In this document: piece after piece, positions 56,273 to 64,000 of the stretch
Layout of the letters: every line of letters begins with the position of its first letter
Position numbering within the stretch: the stretch's first letter is position 1
Source: Sulfurimonas sp.
GTDB taxonomy: Bacteria; Campylobacterota; Campylobacteria; Campylobacterales; Sulfurimonadaceae
Reading direction: 5' to 3'
DNA length: 64,000 nt
NCBI GenBank assembly: GCA_027013295.1
Contig: JALUXP010000043.1
Coordinates: 12,101-76,100, forward strand
The notes under the pieces: generated by a model
Seen by the model: only the letters and a program-made list of their open reading frames with translations
Told to the model about the DNA's origin: nothing
Databases searched by the model: none
Program-made: the position numbers and the translations under genes

Positions 56273-57484
56273 ATGATTAACTCTTTAAGAGGTATGAATG
56301 ACATCCTAAGTGATGATTATGAAAGATTTACTTACTTCATCAATACAGCCACAACTATAGCACAGAGATATGGATTTCATTTTATAGAGACTCCACTTTT
56401 AGAAGAAACTGCTCTCTTTAAAAGAGGTGTTGGAGAGTCAAGCGATATCGTTGGTAAAGAGATGTATCAGTTTACTGATAAAGGTGATAATGATGTTTGT
56501 CTTCGACCTGAGGGCACAGCGGGAGTTGTTCGTGCTTTCATACAAAAAAAACTCGATAAGGCTGGTGGTACACATAGATTTTTTTATCATGGAGCAATGT
56601 TTCGCTATGAGCGACCACAAAAAGGTCGGCTAAGACAATTTCATCAGTTTGGTGTAGAGAGTTTTGGAGTTGAGAGTGTTTATGAAGATGCTTCCATGAT
56701 TATGATGGTTCATGATATATTAAAGGCTTGTGGGATTGGGCATAGACTGCAACTAAACTCTTTAGGATGTAGCACTTGTATGTCGCCATACCGCCAAAAA
56801 CTCATCAACTTTGTAAAAGATGTTGAAGATAAAGTTTGCCAAGATTGTGCCCGTCGTCTCCAAACCAATCCTATTCGTGTACTTGATTGTAAAAATACTA
56901 CTTGTCAATCTCTTTACACAGATGCACCAAAGCTTATAAATAATTTGTGTAGTGAATGTGAAGATGATTTTGCAAACTTAAAAACTATTTTAGACCAAAA
57001 TAATATAAAATACGAAATAGATACAAATTTAGTTCGAGGCTTAGACTACTATTCAAAAACAGCTTTTGAATTTGTAAGTGACAACATAGGAAGTCAAAGT
57101 GCTATTGCAGGAGGGGGAAGATATGATCGACTTGTTGAATTTTTAGATGGCAAAGCCACACCTGCTGTTGGATTTGCTATGGGTATTGAACGACTTATGG
57201 AACTCATAGTGATGCCAGAGAAAACTAGAACTGGCTACTACATCGGAGCGATGGATGAGAATGCACTCAGCCTAATCGTAAAAATCACTCATAAAAAACG
57301 CTCTACTGACAAGGTAAGTCTTGACTACAAAGCAAAAAATTTACAAAAACATCTTAAAGCAGCAGATAAAGTAAATGCAAAGTTTTGTGCGATTATTGGT
57401 TCAAACGAGTTAAAAGATGCTACTATTTGGGTGAAAGACTTAGAAAACAAAACTGAGTCAACAATTAAACTAGAGGAGTTTTGA
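56273..57484 (+). CDS. hisS: Histidine--tRNA ligase
   Basis: 403 aa with 'GMNDILS', 'LRPEGTAG', 'FRYERPQKGRLRQFHQ', 'GGGRYDRL' and 'AVGFAMGIERL'. Confidence 0.9.
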   Translation: MINSLRGMNDILSDDYERFTYFINTATTIAQRYGFHFIETPLLEETALFKRGVGESSDIVGKEMYQFTDKGDNDVCLRPEGTAGVVRAFIQKKLDKAGGTHRFFYHGAMFRYERPQKGRLRQFHQFGVESFGVESVYEDASMIMMVHDILKACGIGHRLQLNSLGCSTCMSPYRQKLINFVKDVEDKVCQDCARRLQTNPIRVLDCKNTTCQSLYTDAPKLINNLCSECEDDFANLKTILDQNNIKYEIDTNLVRGLDYYSKTAFEFVSDNIGSQSAIAGGGRYDRLVEFLDGKATPAVGFAMGIERLMELIVMPEKTRTGYYIGAMDENALSLIVKITHKKRSTDKVSLDYKAKNLQKHLKAADKVNAKFCAIIGSNELKDATIWVKDLENKTESTIKLEEF

Positions 57485-59217
57485 TTATGGACACTATACA
57501 CTTTTTATGGAATATATTTATAAATTTTATTGAATTTTTTATACTTGCTGGGCTTATTGCTCTTGTTATGCTTTTTGTCTATGATAAATATGTGCAAAGA
57601 AAACATGCTTTACTTATCAACTACCCTATCATAGGAAGATTTCGCTACCTTTTTGAGTCGCTTCGTGAGCCTCTTAGACAGTATTTTGCAGAAGAAACAT
57701 TTTATGAATCAAAAGACAAGGTTGATTGGGTTTACACTGCAGCTAAAGATAAACCAAACTACCAATCTTTTTCCGTTTCTCAACCATTTAATGGTTCAAG
57801 ATTTATTATTAAACACTCCACCAATGTCCTCAACCAAGATGAAGTTGAAGATGATACAAGCGTTGTTTTTGGTAAAGATAGAGAGATTCCATTTGTTTCT
57901 AAAACACCTGTTGTGCGTTCAGCGATGAGTGATGGGGCGCTTAGTCCAGAGGCTGTTCGAGCTTTTTCAATTGCTGGAGCAAAGTCAGGTTTAACTATCA
58001 ACACTGGAGAAGGTTCACTTACATCAAACCATCTTTTTACACATAAACCAGATCTTAATGCTTGTGATTATCTTGAAATTATTAAAAGTACACCATATGC
58101 AGAATTTGTTTTTCGTATGGGAGAGATATTTTTTAACCGCTCTATTGCACTAAAATGGTATAGACAAGCCCTTTTAGGAGACAATAAAGAGAAAAACACC
58201 TATATCTATGATACAAAAAATCATGTTCTTTTTCGTGTCAATTGGAATGCTCCACTAGATACATTTCCAAAAACCGTGCCAGAAGATATACCAAATACCA
58301 TTTTTCAAATGAGTTCGGGACTCTATGGCGTTCGAGATCAAAATGGAGATTTTGATGAACTTCGCTACCAAAAAGTGATGAAATTTTGTCGTATGACAGA
58401 GATAAAAATAGCCCAAGGTGCGAAACAAACTGGTGGTAAACTCGGAGCCTCAAAGGTAAGTGCTGACATCGCTTACTATCGTGGAGTTCCAGAGGGTAAA
58501 GATATATTTTCACCAAATCGTTTCCCTTTTGCTGACACTACTACACATCTTCTTAATTTTGTTGAAAAACTTCAAAAACTCTCAAAAAAACCTGTTGGCT
58601 ACAAGATAGTTGTCTCAGATGCTAAAGCAGTGGAAGAGATGGTACAAGAGATAGCTGATAGGGATAGTGAGGGAAGATCTATCCCCGACTTCATAACTAT
58701 AGACAGTGGAGAGGGTGGAAGTGCTACAGCTCCGCTTGAACTAATGGAGTCAGTCGGTCTTACAACACAAAATGCTCTCTATGTAGTTGATACACTACTC
58801 AAAAAATACAACTTACGAGAGAAGATAAAACTTATAGCTAGTGGAAAAGTTTTAACTCCAGATGATCTTGTTATAACTATGTGTATGGGTGCTGATGCAG
58901 TAGGAATTGCTCGTGGTTTTATGATGAGTGGTGGGTGTATTCGTGCACGCATGTGTTCAGGTTTTGGTTCACATGTTTGTCCTGTTGGAATGGCTACACA
59001 AGATGAGAAAAAAAGGGCATCGTTCCTTGTTGTTAAAGAGGGAAGAGACATAGGTAATTACCATAAAAATCTCATAAAAAGTATGAAAGTTGTTATGGCA
59101 GTTATGGCTGTTAAGAACATAAATGGTTTAAATAAAAGTTTACTTACATTTAAAAATCAAAATGGAGAGATCTATTTTGATATAGACAAACATTTCCACA
59201 ACAAGCTCCATATATAG
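57481..59217 (+). CDS. Glutamate-synthase-related FMN-binding protein (GltB domain 2 family) with N-terminal TM anchor
   Basis: 578 aa with 'MSDGALSPEA', 'NTGEGS', 'EIKIAQGAKQTGGKL', 'ITIDSGEGGSATAP' and 'ASGKV ... GADAVGIARG'. The ATG at 57487 is an alternative to the TTG at 57481. Confidence 0.7.
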   Translation: MIMDTIHFLWNIFINFIEFFILAGLIALVMLFVYDKYVQRKHALLINYPIIGRFRYLFESLREPLRQYFAEETFYESKDKVDWVYTAAKDKPNYQSFSVSQPFNGSRFIIKHSTNVLNQDEVEDDTSVVFGKDREIPFVSKTPVVRSAMSDGALSPEAVRAFSIAGAKSGLTINTGEGSLTSNHLFTHKPDLNACDYLEIIKSTPYAEFVFRMGEIFFNRSIALKWYRQALLGDNKEKNTYIYDTKNHVLFRVNWNAPLDTFPKTVPEDIPNTIFQMSSGLYGVRDQNGDFDELRYQKVMKFCRMTEIKIAQGAKQTGGKLGASKVSADIAYYRGVPEGKDIFSPNRFPFADTTTHLLNFVEKLQKLSKKPVGYKIVVSDAKAVEEMVQEIADRDSEGRSIPDFITIDSGEGGSATAPLELMESVGLTTQNALYVVDTLLKKYNLREKIKLIASGKVLTPDDLVITMCMGADAVGIARGFMMSGGCIRARMCSGFGSHVCPVGMATQDEKKRASFLVVKEGRDIGNYHKNLIKSMKVVMAVMAVKNINGLNKSLLTFKNQNGEIYFDIDKHFHNKLHI

Positions 59218-59223
59218 AGTAAG

Positions 59224-61053
59224 ATGGATACTTTTGGACTAAATGTATGGGCACAAAATAATTTTAAAGAGCATAGTGGGCTTTTAAGAGTAAACTATAA
59301 AAGCTCCCCCTCTCTTTTAGATATTATAGAAAAAGTGCGTCAGGATGGAACGCGAGGACCTATTCTTCTTCGATTTCCACATCTTATTAAAAAACAAATC
59401 AAAAGCTTGTACTCTCATTTTGACAATGCTATCAAAGAAAATAATTATGGAGGCTCTTTTAACGCCGTTTTTCCCCTTAAAGTTAATCAGTTTCCTTATC
59501 TCATCAAAGCGACTTTAGCTCAAGGTAAAAAATATAACTATGGTTTAGAGGCTGGAAGTAAAGCAGAACTTGTTTTAGCGATGGGTAAATCTCAACTAGA
59601 AACACCCATCACCGTTAATGGCTTTAAAGATAAAGAGATGATAACTCTAGGCTTTATGGCTGCTCACAGTGGTCACAATATCACTCTAACCATAGAGGGC
59701 ATCAATGAACTTGAAACCATTTTAGAGATAACAAAAGAAACAAGATTAAAAACACCAAAAATTGGTATTCGAGTAAGACTTCATAGTGGTGGCAGTGGCT
59801 CATGGGCAAAAAGTGGTGGCATGGATGCAAAATTTGGTCTCACATCAACTGAGATCATAGAGGCAATCAAACTTTTAAAAGAACATCATCTCATAGATAA
59901 TTTAGAGATGATTCATTTTCACATAGGCTCACAGATGAGTGATATAGCACCACTTAAAAAAGCACTCAGAGAGGCTGGAAACATCTACGGTGAACTTAAA
60001 AAAATGGGTGCAAACAAACTTAACAGTATCAATATAGGTGGTGGTCTCGCTGTAGAATATAATCAAAATAAAGATTCAAAGACTCTCAATTATTCCATAG
60101 AGGAGTTTGCAAGTAGTGTTGTTTTTTTACTTGGTGAGATTATGGATACTAAAGGGGTACTACACCCAAATATTTTCACAGAATCAGGAAGATATGTAGT
60201 TGCTTCACATGCAGTGCTTATAGCCCCTGTGCTTGAACTATTTTCTCAAGACTATCAAGAAAAATTATTGAAGTTCAAGAAAAAAAATCCCCCTCTCATA
60301 GAAGAACTTCGGGAGTTAAATAAACTTTTAACAAGCAAAAATGCCATAGAATATATGCATGATGCTCTTGACCATAGTGAATCACTTCTCACCCTTTTTG
60401 ATCTAGGATACATAGACCTACAAGACCGTTCAAATGCAGAAATTTTAGTTCACAATATCATAAAAAAAGCTCTTTACCTTTCTAGTTCGCTCAATATGAA
60501 TGAACTTCAAGACTTACAAGCGAGAGTACAAGAAAGATATCTTATCAATGCTTCTATATTTCAAAGTTTGCCTGATTTTTGGGGTATTAAACAAAAATTT
60601 CCCATTGTTCCACTCAATCATTTAGATAAAACACCCCTCAGAGCAGCTTCGTTGTGGGATATCACTTGTGATAGTGATGGAGAGATAGCATTTGACACAT
60701 CACACCCCTTGTATCTTCATGATATAGACTTAGAAAAAGAAGAGTATTATTTAGGATTCTTCAATGTTGGTGCTTACCAAGAAACACTAGGGATGAACCA
60801 CAATCTATTTACACACCCAAATGAATATACTATAGATATTGACAAAGATACTTACACAATAAAAAATAGTGTAAAATCAAAATCAATATTAGAAATTTTA
60901 TCTTCCATTGGTTATGATGCATCTTCGCTACATAAAAAACTTAATTTAAAACTTCAAAAGAGTGACTTTATCACAGAAAAAGAAAAAAATGATACACTTG
61001 CAAAACTTGAAACACTTTTAAAACAAAATGGCTATTTAAGAACTACAAATTAA
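59224..61053 (+). CDS. speA: Biosynthetic arginine decarboxylase
   Basis: 609 aa with 'FPLKVNQ' (PLP Lys), 'HFHIGSQ', 'NIGGGLAVEY' and 'TCDSDGEI'. Confidence 0.85.
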   Translation: MDTFGLNVWAQNNFKEHSGLLRVNYKSSPSLLDIIEKVRQDGTRGPILLRFPHLIKKQIKSLYSHFDNAIKENNYGGSFNAVFPLKVNQFPYLIKATLAQGKKYNYGLEAGSKAELVLAMGKSQLETPITVNGFKDKEMITLGFMAAHSGHNITLTIEGINELETILEITKETRLKTPKIGIRVRLHSGGSGSWAKSGGMDAKFGLTSTEIIEAIKLLKEHHLIDNLEMIHFHIGSQMSDIAPLKKALREAGNIYGELKKMGANKLNSINIGGGLAVEYNQNKDSKTLNYSIEEFASSVVFLLGEIMDTKGVLHPNIFTESGRYVVASHAVLIAPVLELFSQDYQEKLLKFKKKNPPLIEELRELNKLLTSKNAIEYMHDALDHSESLLTLFDLGYIDLQDRSNAEILVHNIIKKALYLSSSLNMNELQDLQARVQERYLINASIFQSLPDFWGIKQKFPIVPLNHLDKTPLRAASLWDITCDSDGEIAFDTSHPLYLHDIDLEKEEYYLGFFNVGAYQETLGMNHNLFTHPNEYTIDIDKDTYTIKNSVKSKSILEILSSIGYDASSLHKKLNLKLQKSDFITEKEKNDTLAKLETLLKQNGYLRTTN

Positions 61054-61062
61054 GGTTGTAAA

Positions 61063-61764
61063 GTGAGCTTATATTCTCAAATAAAAGAAGATTTTTCAAA
61101 TGCATATAAAAATGATCCAGCATTAAACTCAGTTGTCGATTTTTTATTTAATTATCGTGGGGTATGGGCAGTATTTTGGTATAGAATTTCCCATGCTTTA
61201 TATCTTAGAAACTACAAACGAACTGCTCGAATTATCTCTGGTTTTTCACAATGGTTTACAAATATTGAGATCCACCCTGCTGCGTGTATAGGTAGCAGAG
61301 TCTTTATTGACCATGGCATGGGTGTAGTTATTGGTGAGACTACTATCATCGAAGAGGATGTACTCATCTACCAAGGGGTCACACTTGGAGGAGTATCACT
61401 AGTTCCAGGAAAGCGTCATCCAACCATCAAAAGAGGTGCTGTAATAGGCGCAGGAGCAAAGGTTCTAGGAAATATCATCGTTGGTGAATATGCAAAGATT
61501 GGTGCTAATTCTGTAGTAGTAAAAGAGGTTCCAGACAATGCAACAGCTATTGGAATCCCTGCCAATGTCATTGAAAAAGGTCGCTGTAAAGATCCATTTA
61601 TGCATAATATGCTTCCAGATATAAACAAAGAGATGTTTGAATATCTCCTCAAAAGGGTAGCTATTTTAGAACACATATTACGCGAAGACAACAAAGAGGT
61701 ATTAGAACAAGATATACAACTTGAACATATCTATGAAACTTTTATCAAAGCGATGAAAAATTAA
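61063..61764 (+). CDS. cysE: Serine O-acetyltransferase
   Basis: 233 aa. Left-handed beta-helix hexapeptide repeats ('IHPAACIGSRVFIDHGMGVVIGETTII', 'GVTLGG', 'HPTIKRGAVIGAGAKVLGNI'). GTG start. Confidence 0.85.
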   Translation: MSLYSQIKEDFSNAYKNDPALNSVVDFLFNYRGVWAVFWYRISHALYLRNYKRTARIISGFSQWFTNIEIHPAACIGSRVFIDHGMGVVIGETTIIEEDVLIYQGVTLGGVSLVPGKRHPTIKRGAVIGAGAKVLGNIIVGEYAKIGANSVVVKEVPDNATAIGIPANVIEKGRCKDPFMHNMLPDINKEMFEYLLKRVAILEHILREDNKEVLEQDIQLEHIYETFIKAMKN

Positions 61765-61823
61765 TATAAATTTGTTTGTTTTTTAGTATAATTTCATTTA
61801 TATTATACATTACAAGGCTTACT

Positions 61824-63014
61824 ATGTTAACAAATCGTATCAATACACTTTCCGAATCTATTACTATAGCTATCACAACACTTGCAGGTGAACTCAAAGC
61901 ACAAGGTAAAGACATACTAAGTTTCTCAGCAGGGGAACCTGATTTTGGTACGCCACGAGTCATTAGAGATGCTGCGATTAAAGCGATCAATGATGGTTTT
62001 ACAAAATATACTGCTGTTGATGGAATTCCCGAATTAAAAACTGCCATTGCCAACAAACTTAAACGAGATAATAATCTTACTTATGCATCAAATCAAATCA
62101 TAGTGAGCAATGGTGCAAAACACTCTTTATTTAATCTCTTCTCAGTTCTTATAGATAATGGTGATGAAGTGATTATCCCTGCACCCTACTGGGTTACCTA
62201 TCCAGAGATTGTAAAGTACTGTGGCGGTAAAGTAGTAGAGATAGAGACACATGATGTCAGTGGTTTTAAAATAACTCCTGAGCAACTTAAATGTGCCATT
62301 ACACCCAATACAAAAATGTTAGTTCTAACAACTCCTTCAAATCCAACTGGTTCAATTTATTCAAAAGAGGAGCTTACGCAATTAGGGAAAGTTTTAGAAG
62401 GCACTAAAATAATAGTTGCAAGTGATGAGATGTATGAAAAACTTATCTACGAGGGTGCATTTACCTCATGTGCAGCCATCAGTGAAGATATGTTTAAAAG
62501 AACAATCACCATCAATGGACTAAGTAAATCAGTAGCAATGACAGGATGGAGATTTGGTTATATGGCTGCGTACAACACAGAGATCATCAAAGCAACTAAA
62601 AAACTTCAAAGTCAGAGTACATCAAACATTAATTCTATCACTCAAAAAGCAGCTATAGTTGGTTTAGATGGTGCGGCTGATGAGGATATTGAAATGATGA
62701 GAAAAGAGTTTTCAGCTCGTCGTGATGAAGCAGTAAAGCTTTTCAATAACATAGAGGGATTAAGTGTACTTAAACCAGATGGTGCTTTCTACCTATTTGT
62801 AAATATTTCAAAAATCAGTAATGATTCACTCAATTTTGCAAAAGATTTACTAGATAAAAAACTTGTAGCTGTAGTCCCAGGTGTTGGGTTTGGTAGTGAA
62901 GGTTACTTTAGATTTAGTTTTGCAACCGACATCGACTCTATCCGTACAGGGATCAAAAGGATAGAAGAGTTTGTAAAAGAAAACTATCCCAAACTCAAAA
63001 AATTAAACAAGTAA
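61824..63014 (+). CDS. aspC: Aspartate aminotransferase (class I PLP aminotransferase)
   Basis: 'GEPDFGTP', 'NGAKH', 'PAPYWVTYPE', 'TPSNPTG' and 'NGLSKSVAMTGWRFGY' (PLP Lys). I prefer the ATG at 61824 ('MLTNRIN') with RBS 'aagg' over the track start at 61776. Confidence 0.85.
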   Translation: MLTNRINTLSESITIAITTLAGELKAQGKDILSFSAGEPDFGTPRVIRDAAIKAINDGFTKYTAVDGIPELKTAIANKLKRDNNLTYASNQIIVSNGAKHSLFNLFSVLIDNGDEVIIPAPYWVTYPEIVKYCGGKVVEIETHDVSGFKITPEQLKCAITPNTKMLVLTTPSNPTGSIYSKEELTQLGKVLEGTKIIVASDEMYEKLIYEGAFTSCAAISEDMFKRTITINGLSKSVAMTGWRFGYMAAYNTEIIKATKKLQSQSTSNINSITQKAAIVGLDGAADEDIEMMRKEFSARRDEAVKLFNNIEGLSVLKPDGAFYLFVNISKISNDSLNFAKDLLDKKLVAVVPGVGFGSEGYFRFSFATDIDSIRTGIKRIEEFVKENYPKLKKLNK

Positions 63015-63029
63015 ATTTTAAAGAATTTT

Positions 63030-64000
63030 TCAAACTTGCATGACAAAAAATGAAACAAATGTCCCACATACTATCTGCCACGCAAATCCTATGTCAAAAC
63101 CGAGAGTATAGGATTGCATTAGAAGTACCGTTAAAAAACCTGCCACTAAAGCAAAAGGTACACTTGTTGCACTCCCTCTTTTGGTAAAGATAGCTGAGAT
63201 AAATACACCAAGTAATCCTGAATAAGCAAAAGCCATCACCCCGAGGGCAAAACTTATGAGTGGCATGTCACTCGCTTGATGCACTACAAAACTCAAAAGT
63301 GCCATAAGTGAGAGCATCACAGCAAAAACAAAGACCCCTACCCTTGCTGCCTTTACAAAATGCATCTCTGAAGTTGTTGCTTGTTTTTGAAGTTTATAGG
63401 GCTTGTACAAATCCTCTATGGCTACTGAACTCATTGCACCTAAAACTGAGTTTGTGCTTGAGAGTGCTGCAGCTATAGCACCTACAGTCACCAAGCCTTT
63501 GAGTCCTGAGGGCATCTCATTGAGGATGTAGTACATAAAGATGGTGATGCTCTCTCCCGCAAAACTTTGCGTAACTTGATGCTCTTGATAAAACAAAAAG
63601 AGTAGTAAGCCTATGATGAGAAAGAGCATCACCACTGGGATGCTCACAAGGGTAGAAAGATACAAAGAGCGAGAGGCTTCATCCTTATCTTTACAGGAGA
63701 GTACCCTTTGTGTAAGGTCTTGATCTAGTCCAAAAGCTGCGATGTTGAGAAGCAACCAACCGCTCAATAAGCCAAAGAGATTAAACTTACCATCTGAAGT
63801 AAAACTTAAATCATAATCTATAAACTGGAGTTTATCTTTTTGAGCGAGAGCATGGACTATCTTAGCATACGACATATCAAGAGAACTATAAAGGTAAAAC
63901 ACTACCGCAAGACCAGCTCCAATATATGTAACAGCTTGGATAATATCGCTAAAAACAACAGACTTTACACCACCAAAATAAGTAAAAACCAAAGCACCGA
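63030..64000 (-). CDS. Sodium:solute symporter family protein (partial; 5' end beyond the window)
   Basis: At least 320 aa polytopic protein. 'GGVKSVVFSDIIQ' and 'AAALSSTNSVLGAMSS' are typical of SSF transporters. The ORF is still open at the window edge. Confidence 0.65.
   Translation of the reverse strand, partial: GALVFTYFGGVKSVVFSDIIQAVTYIGAGLAVVFYLYSSLDMSYAKIVHALAQKDKLQFIDYDLSFTSDGKFNLFGLLSGWLLLNIAAFGLDQDLTQRVLSCKDKDEASRSLYLSTLVSIPVVMLFLIIGLLLFLFYQEHQVTQSFAGESITIFMYYILNEMPSGLKGLVTVGAIAAALSSTNSVLGAMSSVAIEDLYKPYKLQKQATTSEMHFVKAARVGVFVFAVMLSLMALLSFVVHQASDMPLISFALGVMAFAYSGLLGVFISAIFTKRGSATSVPFALVAGFLTVLLMQSYTLGFDIGFAWQIVCGTFVSFFVMQV

Overview
This is an AT-rich bacterial chromosomal window with about 60 protein-coding genes. 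I recognised no rRNA, tRNA or CRISPR array. Gene content points to a Campylobacterota (epsilonproteobacterial, Sulfurimonas/Arcobacter-like) genome: aspS followed by a short 190-aa Helicobacter-type Adk, plus FlgA, RlpA/MltD-like, SpeA, an HD-GYP protein and a short 511-aa RecN. That assignment is inference only. Most of the window is ordinary housekeeping: accD, tgt, cysS, pyrD, dapA, pgsA, rseP, dnaE, efp, mrdA, lptA/kdsC, hisB, recN, nadK, aspS, adk, hisS, speA, cysE and an aspartate aminotransferase. The standout is a roughly 13-kb, visibly more AT-rich island of six minus-strand genes (18775-31729) packed with no spacer between dnaE and the convergent yggS. In transcription order it encodes a short JetD-like Toprim protein, a PLD-nuclease/SNF2-helicase fusion, and a 1291-aa gamma-class N6-adenine DNA methyltransferase with a large insertion between motifs X and I. 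These are followed by a 364-aa / 177-aa / 1191-aa trio whose order, sizes and SMC-like ABC ATPase mirror JetA/JetB/JetC (MksF/E/B). All junctions are overlaps or gaps of 0-4 nt. I read this as a candidate single-operon hybrid of a Wadjet-like condensin module with a DISARM/BREX-like methylase-helicase-PLD module. It fits no canonical named system that I can recognise. Smaller accessory signals: a RelE/ParE-like toxin-antitoxin pair with a GC-rich nested hairpin element upstream of dnaE; a 5'-truncated Fic gene bracketed by copies of a 15-16-bp repeat; a second, gammaproteobacterial-type adenylate kinase convergent on the native one; a hyper-acidic 89-aa protein; and an 18-nt motif repeated in two distant intergenic regions. 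All homology calls come from motif reading by eye; no searches were run.
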